Below, piece after piece: positions 35,401 through 48,035 of a stretch of DNA of 64,000 nt; the first letter of the stretch is position 1, and every line of letters begins with the position of its first letter. The stretch is from Priapulus caudatus. Taxonomy: Eukaryota. Both the position numbers and the translations under genes were made by a program. Under the pieces are notes generated by a model that did no database searches, was not told the DNA's origin, and was given only the letters and a program-made list of their open reading frames with translations. The DNA is taken from assembly GCF_000485595.1 (NCBI RefSeq), contig NW_014577081.1, positions 258,163-322,162 of the forward strand, written 5' to 3'.

Positions 35401-38055
35401 CAGAGTAGAATGCGGGAATATGAGGCAGCCTAGTGAACAGTCGTGTACAAATTCTAACCATTAAAAACAAGTACATGTATATATTAAGTGATTAATTAGA
35501 TATATAGTAATAAATAGATTCAGAAGTAGATATGGGATGTTTTCCTATTATCTACTTCTGATATATATGTACTAGTATACATTACATATATATACTATAT
35601 TATAATATTATATATATATATGTATGGTATAGTACATATATAGATGCAGAGTAGATAATAGGAAAACATCCTGATCATCTTACTTCTGATGAATCTTTTA
35701 TTACTATATATGCTGATTATTACTTTAATATAGTACTGCTATTGAACGAGTGAAGAATGAACTGTGAATATTAATCAAGAGCTAATAATAAACAAATTTG
35801 TCATTATTAGCTTCTGATATAATGTATTGCCATTGCCGAGTAGGATTGTAAAGAAATTTTGCCAGTTCAGAGTCTCCTCTCACAAAGTTATGCCAATGAC
35901 AAGTATGTTAAGTGCCTCACTAGCAATGTTGCGTGGACAGATTGTTATGAACTGTTCTAATTCCTCAGTTATTGAGTTTAGAATGTTAAAAGTTGAGACA
36001 ATGCGTTTTATTATGTCGTAATTCTATCGTCTGTGTACCGTGCTTTGTACTAATAGGTATCAGCTGTACTCGAACCTATATAATCCTGCTACTTATCACG
36101 TGCCTATAAGCATATAACATCCATGCTGCCGACGAGTATTACGGTGTCCTTACGACGACATTTAGTAATAATTTGTGGGGAGTATCCAGAAGAACTGGAT
36201 ACTAGAGAAGCGTCGCGCAAGGCGAGGTCGGACTGAACTGATGACTCGACGAAGACTGATAGGCCTACTGACCGCTGAGCGCCGGATCTTTGCGCGCAGT
36301 TCGCGCCGGCGGCAGGACGACGACGGAGTAATCTAATAGCAGCTTACTCCTTCAACGCCGTAGTATATGTATCATTTACCACTGTGGCAAATTAGTGTAA
36401 TGATATAGCTACACTATACATTATAATATAGTGAATATAGATGTTATATATATATAAGTGATAGATGTTACTATATATATGATATAGTATAGTGTTATGA
36501 TGTAGGTATATGTTCATACACATCAGTGGCCGTAATTCTTGTTAAGTGTACACAAGAACACAAGGTACACAGCATGTAGTCAAAATGACAGTTAGTGACA
36601 CCTGTTTAGGGAATAGGTTCACAGGAAAGACCACGTTTGACCCAGTGGGCATAGTTAGGGGGGTGCAAAGGGCATCGGCCCCCTGTTGATCGAGATAATA
36701 TAGTCATAAATGAAGTGGTACAAAATGCCTCAAATACATCTCGGTACTTGATACTCCGGCATACTCATTTCATGGCGGAGAGACCCCAGACCCCCGCCTG
36801 TTTTCACCCCCCCTCCTGGTTCCTGGAGGCCGCCCACTGAACAGTCACACATCTGGGGAGCAGTAAACGAAAAACAAGGAGCAACGAACAAAAATTGTCG
36901 CCTTTTTACATCGTCGCGTGACATGTACTAAACAAAAGTGCCTCAATTACCATTCGGCTGGTACTGATATCTCCTCGGCTACTCATTTCTGAGGTGAGGA
37001 CCCCAATACCCCGCCTGTTTTACCCCCCCCCCTCCTTAGAATCTGGGATCCGCCACTGAACAGTCCACATCTTGGAGCAGTAACGAAAACAAGGAGCCAC
37101 GAACAAAAAAGCTCCTGTTTTACATGTCGCGTGACAGTGTACTCAAAGCTGCCTCAAATACCATCTCCGGGGTACTTGATACTCCGGCCATACTCATTTT
37201 CTGGAGGGACCCTAATACCGCCCGCCTTTTTCACCCCCCCCCTCCTTAGAGTCTTTGATCCCGCCACTGAACAGTCACACATCTTCGGGGCAAAGTGAAC
37301 GAAAAACAGGGAGCAACGACAAATGTCATCCTTTTACGATGTCGCGCGAATGTACTTCAAAGTGGCCTCAAATACCATCTGCGGGGGTACTTGATCTCCG
37401 CATACTCTTTCTGGAGGAGGGACCCCCATACCCCGCCTGTTTTCACCCCCCCCCTCCTGTAGAATCTTGGCATCCGCCACTGGAACAGTCACATATCTTG
37501 GGAGCAGTGAAGAAAAAACAGGGAGCAACGAAAAAAAATGTCTCTTTTTAATGTGCGCTGAACATTGGTTAAGTTGACAGTGCTTACGGCTCACGGCGGG
37601 CGGGCCCGGCCGGTATATACACAGACAACAGTTCGTGCGACGACTTGTTGTGAACCTTTGTCTGTTTGTAAACGCACGACGTCTTTGTCCGTCTTACGGT
37701 GAGTACTTTAAATCATTACTCTGACGCATCTACTATCACTATATAGGTATATTGTACTGGAAACTGTTGTTGTTTCTCCGATCCGGATCCGTCGAGTTAG
37801 CAACTGCTAGCAGATTGTAGCAACGATAAGATGATGAGTCGGCAGAATTTTGTTTGTTTGAGACTGACTTTATTAGTAAACACGATACAAGATAATTATA
37901 CACTTTACGCGCGACTAGGCACCCCAGCCTATTATGGCCCCGGTGTCTCGACATTGCTCCGGCTACATTTTCGGTTTGATTTTAGGGAAAGTCCGTTTAC
38001 GTTACGTTTTCTTGTTTCCGGGGTAGGTTTTAACAGTTTCGATCTGTCGGCCGTG
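32405..38055 (-). repeat. Noisy inverted composite of 21580-24290, 13166-14530 and 25040-25830
   Basis: 32405-35560 = rc(21580-24290 plus an extra 540-bp unit); 35660-36720 = rc(13470-14530); 36725-37555 = rc(215-bp repeats); 37560-38055 = rc(25040-25500). Confidence 0.9.
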
Positions 38056-38739
38056 GGTATTGGGGGTTGAGGCGTGCGGCGGTGGTGGTTGTATGGTGCC
38101 AAACTCCTACTTCATTCCCACCCGTCCTTTCCCTTGTCTTTGTTGTCGCACGTTCAGCTTCCTCCTTCTTCCACCGCCCCTCAGCTATCTTCCCTGCCGC
38201 CTTCCTTCAGTCTCTCACCCCTCTCCCCCACAGCACATTATATCACGTACTTTTATTTAGGCCGTACTGCACGACTCAAACGGCGCTCGCGCATGCGCAA
38301 TATCTCCTGAGAAGGATAGTATTTTACAAAAATTATGAATTTAAAATGAAGAGGGGTTATCCTATCATAAATTTATATAGGAAAATTGTATCAGTTGACC
38401 TCGGTTCAAAAATAAGTAGCAAACCTTGCATGTAACGTCTCCGCTGCATATACCAATTAGTACATAACCTGGCTACGTTACTGTTTTAGCGCAAGCGCAA
38501 TGTCTCACCACAAGAGCTATATTTTGTGATAAAACTGCATTTAGTATGGTCAGGGGGTATCTCAGCATAGGTTTACGTAATAAATTCCTATCCGTAGACC
38601 TGTGTTTATGGTTAGGAGAGCGCCCTAGCCTGTATGGTGCAAAACTCCTACTTTATCCTCGCCCTCCCCTATGTCCGAGACCCAATTCCCCCTATATAAA
38701 TATAAGCATTACGCGGCAGTTTTTATAGGCTATTACGAT

Positions 38740-39280
38740 CCAAAGTTTTGTCGATATACTGTTACAGCTCAAATATTTACATGTCTGAGCACTTTAATTG
38801 AACAACTTGTATTCATATTTGTTCTTTTTTTTAGGGGTCTGCAAGTGTTAAAGTTAAGAAATCAAATATGATAAATGACATTAAACATGCTGGTTTGAAT
38901 ATGGTTGACATTTGACCCAAATTTGATAGTTAAATATCAAAATAGATTTGTATCTATTTGAGTACTGAATGTAAATAAAGAATAGAAAGTTATATATAAT
39001 TACTGGATTGCTAAATTGGAGGCATCGATGTGATTTGGAATTGTAAATGTATGCCAAATAATGTTTTCTTTTATAGAGATAAAATACCCGATTTTTATTG
39101 TGAGTTATTTGCCGTATGGCTTCATGAGAGAAAGTATTCAGGTGATTTCTCTTGTCCGTATGATTTTGAAGACACTATATATGAGAAATGAAGTGGTTGA
39201 AAAGAAGTTCTATATATAAGGGAAAATGTTGTTTCATCAAATAGAATTTTTTGTACATTGGAGATTTGTTGGAAGATTCC
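38740..39280 (+). mobile_element. Degenerate L1/Tx1-clade LINE ORF2 fragment (post-RT region)
   Basis: With stops and frameshifts: KVKKSNMINDIKHAGLNMVDI...GGIDVIWNCKC...DKIPDFYCELFAVW...GKMLF...IGDLL, matching the Tx1 motifs K.KR....N....GGL...D, LP.FY..(L)..W and I.DLL. Confidence 0.68.
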
Positions 39281-39334
39281 AGCTATCTGCAAATCAACAA
39301 CATGAAAAGAAAGTTAATAAGCAAAGCTGGTCGA

Positions 39335-39790
39335 TGGATCAGTGGTTTCCTCTCAAGCTAATCTAGCTAAATAATGGGGGCCCGGGTGGGGGCATATTTG
39401 GGGGGGGGCGTACGTCTGGTGGGCACACCCCACCAGTGAAAAATTCTGGCAGCGCGGCCATCCACGATACATGGGACTATGCCGAACATTTTCCAATTGG
39501 TTCCAGAAGGTTTCCTTTCAGCTAGTCTAGCTCAATTTTGCGGTCCCGGTTATGTAAGTCTGGCGGATACGCCCCACTACTGAAAATTTCTGAGAGTGTC
39601 CATTCATGATACCTGGGACAGTGCCGAACATTTTCCAATAGGTTTCATGGGGTTTCTTCTCCAGCTAATCTAGCTCAATTTTGGGTTGCCGTTCAAATGA
39701 CCCGGCCCACTCACCACACCCATCACGGTGTGCCCGGCAGACGTCCATATCCTTACATGGGTATGTACATGAATAATTGCTATATATGAC
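39335..39790 (+). repeat. Degenerate ~143-bp tandem repeat (about 3 units)
   Basis: gccgaacattttccaat and agctaRtctagctcaattttg recur 143 bp apart. Confidence 0.75.
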
Positions 39791-41724
39791 AATCGGTTTC
39801 TTTTCTAGCTAGGCTGACCCCCCTGGGCTTTTGCTCTTGAATTATTCTATTATATTTATAACTCATTGACCTAAACCACGGCATTACTCAGCAGGGGTAT
39901 GATGATACAATAAACAAATATAGTCCCCTCTGAGCCCTCTCATTCAGGGCAGGTACGCGCGTCTATTAAATTGTAATAGCTTTTGACTTCCCGAGAAAAA
40001 CGTTACGAAAAGACTTACGAATTCGAAAAAAAATTGTTTGGGATGTAACCACATATATCTACATATAGATCGGCGTACATGCGATATGAAGATATCCATG
40101 CTACCTATAGATGGTTCCGCTACCCCTACGAAACGGTACAATTTATCCACAAATCTCAGGCATGAAATTTCCTACTAAGAAATTTCCCATTACTCCCTCC
40201 ACTCATCCAATGGAAAGCGCTGTACGTAACGTCGACTCACGATCCGCGTTACGTATGGTTACGTTCGCCCACAGGTTCGCCCCTGCGGCCCCATCATCTC
40301 TGAAAAATCATAATATCACCGGCGACTTTGAACGTACCGGGAATGCAGCATGATGTATGTTTCAAGGTTTGTATGCGTATAAGTCAGAAAGATAGTATTG
40401 ACCGATTGGCAAACAACATATTAAGTGTTAAATATAATTTACGACGAAAGTAATACCGTGTATCGTATAAGGTATATCGTGTTTTGCAGCAGGAGGTGCG
40501 TGCTGTAGCAGCCTGCATGTAGCCATGCATGCACTAGCGTAGGTGTCGCTCAGAGTAACACCCATATCGTTACTTTCGTGAATGTGGGGGTACACTCTTA
40601 AAAATTAACAGAGGTCTTCTTGAGGGTGTTGTTTAATAATTTCTAGCAAGAAATCTGTTATTTGTTGTCAGAAAGGCGGGACAAAACGTCGTTTGACTGA
40701 GGGTACTCAGTTACTCACCTTGTTTTGACTGTTTCTCACGATTTCAACGCTCGCGTATTTCATGCGATTTCACTTACAATCCGTCTGCTACGGCCCTCAC
40801 ATTTATCTTCGTATTTCCGCGCGTCATTTACGCACTTATATTGCGTGGTGTCCGCAGTCAATTACCTCAACAAACGTTGATATTGGGTATTTTCCGCGAA
40901 AGCATGAATACACAGCTCTAGATATCGCCATTTCTGTAAATTTGCCTTAGATGTACACGATCGATCGATGTATACGGCATGCTAGCAGGCCGCTGCGCGT
41001 TCAGAGTCGCACTCACACGCCACATTACACATTACACAGCCCGGCTCCCATTCGCCACTTCGACTCATTCATACTTCTCTGACATACACGTACGGGTACC
41101 CACGCTCCACGGACGAACGAGGGAGTGGTTGACCTTTTCCCTTAGCATGCAGGGGTATGCCACACATGGGAAAAACTTCCACCTTTATCTATCTGCATAT
41201 ATACAGCCGCACTTGAGTATGTGTGGTCGCAGGATTTATATATTCCAGGTGGCTCCATAGTGTCCATTGTGGGACATGCTCCGCTGGATATATACATACC
41301 TATGTCCTACACTTTTTACTACAGAAGGATTTAGATATGCATATACATCCCTACCTCGGTGTCCAGCTCTACGCTCTATATATACCTGGCATACCTACTA
41401 TACGCGTCGCTGAGTAACACTCCTCAGTATATATGGCGTAGTGGCGCCATCTATTGGAGGAAAAAATTTCTGATTTTTAAACCTGGGGGTGTCAAATAGG
41501 ATTTGTCCGTAGATGTCTACTGCTCTATGCATGTGTGTTGCCATTATTTTTATTGTTTACCTGGTTATGTTTTTAATTACCGTATGTAACACAAGCTATT
41601 ACATAGCCGCTACCACTACCAGCTTGCATGCAGTGATTGGGAGGCAGAATCGGGAGGTGGTGCCACAGCATGCATATCAATTACAGTCTATGCTGTAACT
41701 TGAAGCTCACTGCAAGTGAAGAGT

Positions 41725-41808
41725 TAGCTCTAGAACTATACTATAGTCCTTCACTGTGCCACAAGCCTGCACGTGGCAGAGCGAAGGGCTATACTAGTTC
41801 TAGAGCTA
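41725..41808. mobile_element. 84-bp MITE, tagctctag family, 9-bp TSD
   Basis: tagctctagaacta...tagttctagagcta with perfect TSD gtgaagagt. Confidence 0.88.
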
Positions 41809-41865
41809 GTGAAGAGTAGTAATTATGTTCTAAGTTTAGCAGCAGCAATTACATAATGCCAAGTG

Positions 41866-42084
41866 CAGTGTTTCCCCTGGCCAAAAAGGTCTGTGAGGTA
41901 GTAATTTGTGTAAAATGGTGCAATTTGGTGCATTCTAAGCTACTTTTATGCATTATAAGCACTGTGCTATGGAAGAACAGTGATTTTCGTCAGCGAGGCG
42001 GTGTTTTGAACAAATTTCTGTGTGGCGGCTGAGAATTTGAGCGAGGTGACCTGCCTCGCTCGTGGCAATGCAGGGGAAACACTG
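41866..42084. mobile_element. hAT-like MITE
   Basis: 14-bp TIR cagtgtttcccctg / caggggaaacactg; TSD degenerate. Confidence 0.65.
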
Positions 42085-42145
42085 CCACGGGCTAACTAAT
42101 GTTGTGTGACTGCTTTTATTATTATGCTATTATCATATCATTATT

Positions 42146-42278
42146 ATTAGCTCATCAGACATAGTCAGATGCAGCTTGTAGAATTGCATGAGCGTGCATC
42201 CGTGCGTCCGTTCATCCGGCCGTGCGTCTGTGCGTCAACAGTTGGGCACAAATCTTAACCGCTCGACGTACGGTCACG
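42146..42278 (+). mobile_element. Helentron/HINE-like element end, truncated by a gap
   Basis: ttagctcatcagacatagtcagatg hairpin, then a (cgtc/cgtg) microsatellite; homologous to rc(16120-16252). Confidence 0.55.
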
Positions 42279-42944
42279 NNNNNNNNNNCACCCCGCCCCT
42301 CCCCCCCACCCCTCCCCACTACCCCTCCACCCCCACCCTCCCACTACCCCCCACCCCCACCCTCCCCCACCCTCCACCCTCACCCTCCCTCACCACCACC
42401 ACTACGCTCGCGCTCGACACATAGCCATGATAACGTTAATATAGCGAAGTCATTAAAACTACACAGCTATATCTTTATTACTGTACTACCGGTATAGCAA
42501 AGCCTATCAACGCGGTGGCGGGAGGGCGCACTTGATTCGGTTGCCAGTGAGTTTATCAGAAGAATAGCCAGCTACAGTACACGTCAGTTGAGCGCTGTCG
42601 CTCTGCGGCACTTGTATTATACATGCTTGTCTCCGTGCTATTGTTGCCCGTCAGTGCATAGGCGCCATATTCAATTTATATGTTCCTTTTATTGCATCTT
42701 AGGTGTAGCTTATAGTGCTCAGCCATTGTAATAATGAGGAGCAGCAAGCCATGAGATAATATATTATGCTAATTATCACCATTGTCATCTTGATCATTTC
42801 ATAACGAAGAAATTAATTTGGTCTCAGTAAGAATTAAGTACTGATAAAGTTGGAACTCTATAACCAACTTTTTTACACCAATTATTTCATTTCTGCTCGT
42901 TGTTGTTGTCACTAATTTAGACCGAGTGTGATGGTAATGCAAAG

Positions 42945-43378
42945 GGTAACATCTCAGTTGGCCTACTCCCATTTCGCCTACACCCATTTCGCCTACTCCC
43001 ATTTCGTCTACTCTCAGAATCAGCAATATTCCCATTTCGCCTACTCCCATTGTGCTATGTCCCATTGTACTCCCATTATATGTTCCAATTTTGTGTCTCC
43101 ATTTTTGTCAAGTTGTGTTCTCATTATTTGTACCTATGTTTTCGTCTGGTTCCTGTAGTCTATGTATGCCAATCAAAACCATATTTTATTAATATTTATA
43201 AATGATCCGATTATTTAGTGAACAAACCGATCGTAGACGAAATGGGAATGGGGTAGATTTTGAGGGTAGACAAATTGGGAGTAGGCGAAATGGGTGTAGG
43301 TCAACTGGGAATTTTGCTGTAGGCGAAATGGGAATTTTGCCATAGGCGAAATGGGAGTAGGCCAACCAGGAATAAACC
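42945..43378. mobile_element. Fold-back MITE with arrays of 15-bp cccatttcgcctact subrepeats in inverted arms
   Basis: gttggcctactcccatttcgccta at left and taggcgaaatgggagtaggccaac at right. Confidence 0.8.
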
Positions 43379-44009
43379 ATGTAAAAAAAAAAAATAAAGC
43401 AGTCATATTGTCTTGTTGGATAGGTTCAAATTCTGATTGTCCTGGCAGCTTTTCTACTCCAGCGAGTCTCCTTTGCCATATACACAGTTCCCTGTGTAGG
43501 AAAAATATGTATATTAGTTCTATGACAATTACAGCAATGTATTATTGTTTCTTTATTCATCTCGACCTCACATCTTTGTCGAAGAATTATCCCTAGTAAT
43601 TGGTTCCTAGGGATGAATAAATTCCACATTATGTATTCTCTAGGCACATGTAATCAATGTTCCATGTTGCTGTAATTAGTAGTTAAACTCGTGTAGTTTA
43701 TTCTTGGCTTAAGGATTTGTCATGCCTGAAATATTTGCATTTATGTCAACATACAGAAAAATGTGGAGCAGACTGGTTTTTCGGAGATATTCTTAGATAT
43801 ACAGCAGTTTTTTCCACCAGGTGGCAATTAACATTATAGGGAGTAGAAATTGTGAAAGGTATATCTATTTATACACTTTTTTTATGATCATGCATGCATG
43901 TATGTTCTAGTGACAGATATGTTAGCTGGGTGTGATGATGACAGCATACATAACTGCTAAACTATGCATATATTGCAAAGGAGCAATAATAAATATAACT
44001 GCCATCAAA

Positions 44010-44511
44010 GCATCTCTCCTTCTCTCTCTCTGCCTCGGCTCTTCCCCCCCTCTCTCTCGTTTTCCTCTTCTCTATTAATAATTTATCTCACTGTCTTACT
44101 TTCTGTCTTTCTTCCTCACACTTTCTCTGTTTAACTTTATCTCTCCTTCTCTATCTCCGTTTTTCTCTCTCTGTGTGTCTCTCTCTCTCTCTCTCTTGCT
44201 ATCCTTGGGTATATATTTCTCTCTCCTACGTTTCCTGGTTTCCTCTCTCCATTTACCCTTGTTTCCCTCTAGGTCTCTCCCTCGCTTTTTTTCGGTCTTT
44301 CGCTCTATCTGTTTCCCCTAGCTTTCTCTCTCTTTCTCTCACCCTTTCTCTCTCTCTCTCTCTCGTAGTTTATTCTTGGCTTAAGGATTTGTCATGCCTG
44401 AAATATTTGCATTTATGTCAACATACAGAAAAATGTGGAGCAGACTGGTTTTTCGGAGATATTCNNNNNNNNNNNNNNNNNNNNNNNNNCTCTCCTCTCT
44501 CTCTCTCTCTT

Positions 44512-44558
<47 letters not shown>

Positions 44559-44865
44559 CATTTTCTCCCACTCACTCTTCCTCTCCTCTTTCTCTCTTGC
44601 ACTCTCGCTCTGTCTCTTTCGCGCTCTGTCTCTTTGTCTCTCTTTCTCTTCCTCTATTTCCTTCTACTGCCAACTCGCGCTCTCTTGTGCTCTCATTCGC
44701 TCCTCCCACTTCTCTCCCACTGTCTCTGTCCTTCTCGCAGTGCTTTACACACGGCAAGAGGCGTGAATTCCCTATCTGTCATGGTCTCCTTTCTCTGTTT
44801 TTCTCGCCTTGACACTGTGTGTCTCTTTGCGACGTTCTCGCTCTCTCTCTCTCTCTTTCTCTGTC
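44010..44865. repeat. (CT)n polypyrimidine tract containing a 25-N gap and a ~100-bp duplicate of 43690-43792
   Basis: gtagtttattcttggcttaagg...ttttcggagatattc occurs at 43693-43792 and again at 44365-44464, directly before the gap. Confidence 0.92.
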
Positions 44866-45719
44866 AGTGCATAAAGGAGACAGAAGATATATACGTGCAT
44901 GTGTGTACACACAATTAAGCGCGCGCTCGCGCACGCACGTGTGTTTGGGCGTGAGTGCGTGCGGGCTTGTGTGTGCATATATATGCACATATATCTTCTC
45001 TGACTCCCTTATGCACTGACATGTAACATTGTAAGCAGGTGAAGGCACACGCTATTACGCACAAGCGAGGGTTGGATGGAGTGTACTAAGGGCATGATCA
45101 ATAGTGTGCGTTCGAATAGAGAATCAGTTAGAGGGCACACTATGCATATAATCTGTTGCCTTCAGTGCAAGTACCCTTCTCGAGCTGTACTTACTGCATT
45201 CTCTTTCGATTTGGTGGTGTGTAGACCAAGATGCTCAGTTAACGCGACCTCTCTACTCATTTTTTGCACCGGCATTATCCTTCCTCATCTCGCGGGTCCA
45301 TGCAACTGTGCAAACGCTGGCCTCTTGCTTGGATAACTGCTGAGCTTATGAAAGGCATGCTGAAGCCAGTCTCTGCGTGTTTCATCACTTTACTGCGGCT
45401 CTGAGCACTCTGGAAAGCACCATGTAGTGGCGTAACACACTACATGATCACCCATGTCCTTGTCTTTGTTCATCATTACCGACCTAACAGTTGTCGCAGC
45501 ATTGCTAAGCACTCATCCGGTTAATATTTATAGACTGTAAAGCAAGTCGTGAAACCATAAACTTCGTATAGAAGGGAATAGAAGTACATATGGATCTTCT
45601 TTGCCATTGCGCCATTCGTTTCAGTAGGTGATGGCGGTTTACTTTTAATGTGGTGGTAAAATTGTAAACAATATTATGCAATACAGTTTACAACGACACA
45701 GACGAACACGAGACTGTGT

Positions 45720-45916
45720 CAAACAAATGTGGCGATTGAAGGGACTTGGTAGCAGAACGGACCGTGGCAAACAATGTGTGGCGGTGGGAACGACTGGTTA
45801 GCAGAACGGACCGTGGCAAACAATGTGTGGCGGCGAGAACGACTGGTTAGCAGAACGGACCGTAGCAAACAATGTGTGGCGGTGAGAACGACTGGTTAGC
45901 AGAACGGACCGTGGCA
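45720..45916. repeat. 49-bp minisatellite (about 4 units)
   Basis: tagcagaacggaccgt at 45750, 45799, 45848 and 45897. Confidence 0.95.
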
Positions 45917-46591
45917 CCCCGTCAGCTTGCTGAAGCCCTACAGAGTGCCACGATGCATGTACAGCTTCATGCAACGCTGACGTGCGCAGAGTGAGCCGAG
46001 CCAAACGTTTGCATGCAACGTTTACCGCACAAAGGCTAGTAATTGATCAATGCCGTTCAGCTGTAATAATGGAAAGCGGAGCAGCGGCCTCTACTCACTG
46101 TACTACTCTCTTTACTCCGTGCATATAATGTAACAGTTGTTTTGCGCTGTGCGGTTGGTTGGGCGCGTATTAATCCATAATTTTTCATATATTTTGTATA
46201 GCTTTTTTTTAAAATCTGTGATCACGGCCAGGGACTGTTAGCAAAAAGTTCGCATTGTATGCGATCGAACAAGGTTTATTTGCAAAACAATGTCAGTTTC
46301 AAAAATGACTGGTGTATAACTTCGAAGTGTATATATATTATATAGTTAACGTCTATTTGTGTGACGGACTTCGTGGTACCCACGGGCATGCATTTATGTA
46401 TATATACTCATGGATGGTTCTACCAGTTTCAGACTACTGTCTGCCTGCCTGCTGCCTGCCTGCCTACTGCCTGTCTGTCTGCCTGCCTACTATCTGTCTG
46501 TCTGTTTGTCTGCGTGCCTGTATGTCTGCCTCCTTGCCTGTGTGCCTGTCTGTCTGTGTGCCTGTCTATACCGGCCTGCCCGGCTTCCTTA

Positions 46592-47305
46592 TGTATGGTA
46601 TTGCAGTACTGGAATGTTGGACTATTGGCAATCATAGCTTGTTTCCAAGCCTCTTTGGTCTTCTCATCATGTGGTCCTTTTTTCATCATCTCCAAGAAGG
46701 TATGCTGCTGCACGTTGGCCAAATCTCGAACACGGATTTGGTGGGCATGCATGTCGTGTTATGGTGAGGTGGGTTGCTCGAAGGAATGAGTCTGATGCAA
46801 GAGCTGATTAGTTTAGTGCACTTGTCTAGCCAAAATCCTCCAAGTAGTCTCCATATGTGTACCACATTGCCATCTCAATATGGAGACCACCAAACATGAC
46901 CACATATTTGTCATGTGTCACATTTCACCATGAGTTTGAGGCCAGTTCCAGTTTTTGCAATAATTCATATTTACATTTCATTTCTTGACAAGATTTTACC
47001 AATATTTATGCAAATATTTTTCTCTTGATATTCTAGATGATATAATTGCATTCCTCACCGCAAAGAATGTGTGTTTAGACACCAAGTTTGCCCTCCTAAG
47101 TGGCCTAGAAGCTGGGATATTGGCAGTTATAGGTTTTTACATAGCGGCCATCTTTGAATCCATGATGGCCCCATTCCTCATCTTGATGAAGTGGCTCCAA
47201 TCAAAAATTGAAACCTAAGGCAATGGATAGTGCATGGAAAAAGTTTGGTGCTTTTATCCGGAATGTCCCCATCCTTCTCAAATCTGGACCTAAGCCACCT
47301 GACTA
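46592..47305 (-). mobile_element. Academ-like DNA transposon relic: transposase fragment plus one terminal region
   Basis: Minus strand 46912-46592: DKYVVMFGGLHIEMAMWYTYGDYLEDFG*TSALN*SALASDSFLRATHLTITRHA/HQI...AWKQAMIANSPTFQYC. 46950-47305 has gcggccatcttt and aagtttggtgcttttatc motifs and ends ..cctgacta (TAG terminus on the minus strand). The superfamily call is from recalled motif similarity. Confidence 0.65.
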
Positions 47306-47480
47306 CCTCTATGATCCGCTCTCACAACATTCTGCGCGCTGCTAGCTGCTGCAAATACTCGCCTGCTTCCGGCCACGGGCCATCCCGCGAGCAGCCTCAC
47401 GATCGCACAAGCAATGCCAATACGGCCTACTAGGCAGCTAATGATTACACAATAAGAAACTTGCTGGCTGCAGTAATAAC

Positions 47481-47715
47481 GCTGATAGGGTCTATGTCTC
47501 CCTTGGTACTGCCGGAACGTACCCTGGGTACGGTCCGGTATACCGGAACGTACCCTGGTAACTATCTGATATGGTTAGGGTTAGGGTTAGGAGTAGGCGT
47601 TAGCGAGACATCCCTGGACTCCGTCTAGTGGAGTAGCGCAGGTAACGGTGCGGCATGTTAGATAGTACCAGGGTACGTTCGCGCGGTACCAGGCGGAGAC
47701 ATAGACACTGGCAGC
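47481..47715. mobile_element. gctgatagg-family MITE, 9-bp TSD
   Basis: Left TIR nearly identical to 9654, right TIR partly deleted; TSD agtaataac / agtaataaa; internal ggttagggttagggttagg. Confidence 0.85.
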
Positions 47716-47839
47716 AGTAATAAAAATGAGCGATTCAGCGATAATTGCTGGCAATGTGTGATTAGAACAGGATGGGAAAAGAAGCGATTATATTGCCGCC
47801 CATCTAGATTTTGCCGCAAATAAATCCGCAGGGACTTGA

Positions 47840-48035
47840 TTAAACCGTTGTGTAAGTGAGAAAAGGCCAGTAGAATATCGCGATGACAGTAGCCACAGCT
47901 ACAGCAGCATCAGCGACTGCTGAGTGTGATACGATCAAACTTAAGGCACTATAGGGAAATCCACGGCGAACTGGCGATAGACAAAGTTCGTTGTCGCGAT
48001 CCAATCTAACGATTCCGTCTAAATCGGTGTACCTA
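47840..48035 (-). CDS. Candidate terminal exon with hydrophobic C-terminus (TM or GPI-like), unknown gene
   Basis: ctaattag|G TAC...; YTDLDGIVRLDRDNELCLSPVRRGFPYSALSLIVSHSAVADAAVAVATVIAIFYWPFLTYTTV*. No recognised domain. Confidence 0.3.

Noticed and set aside
43693..44464. 100-bp direct repeats as LTRs or element ends
   Set aside because: The second copy is identical and abuts a 25-N gap, so a gap-fill overlap is the simpler explanation.
44173..44918. Ser/Leu-rich ORFs up to 197 aa
   Set aside because: (CT)n tract spanning a 25-N gap and a gap-adjacent duplication.
45720..45916. 49-bp repeat as CRISPR or coding repeat
   Set aside because: No unique spacers, and the period is not a multiple of 3.
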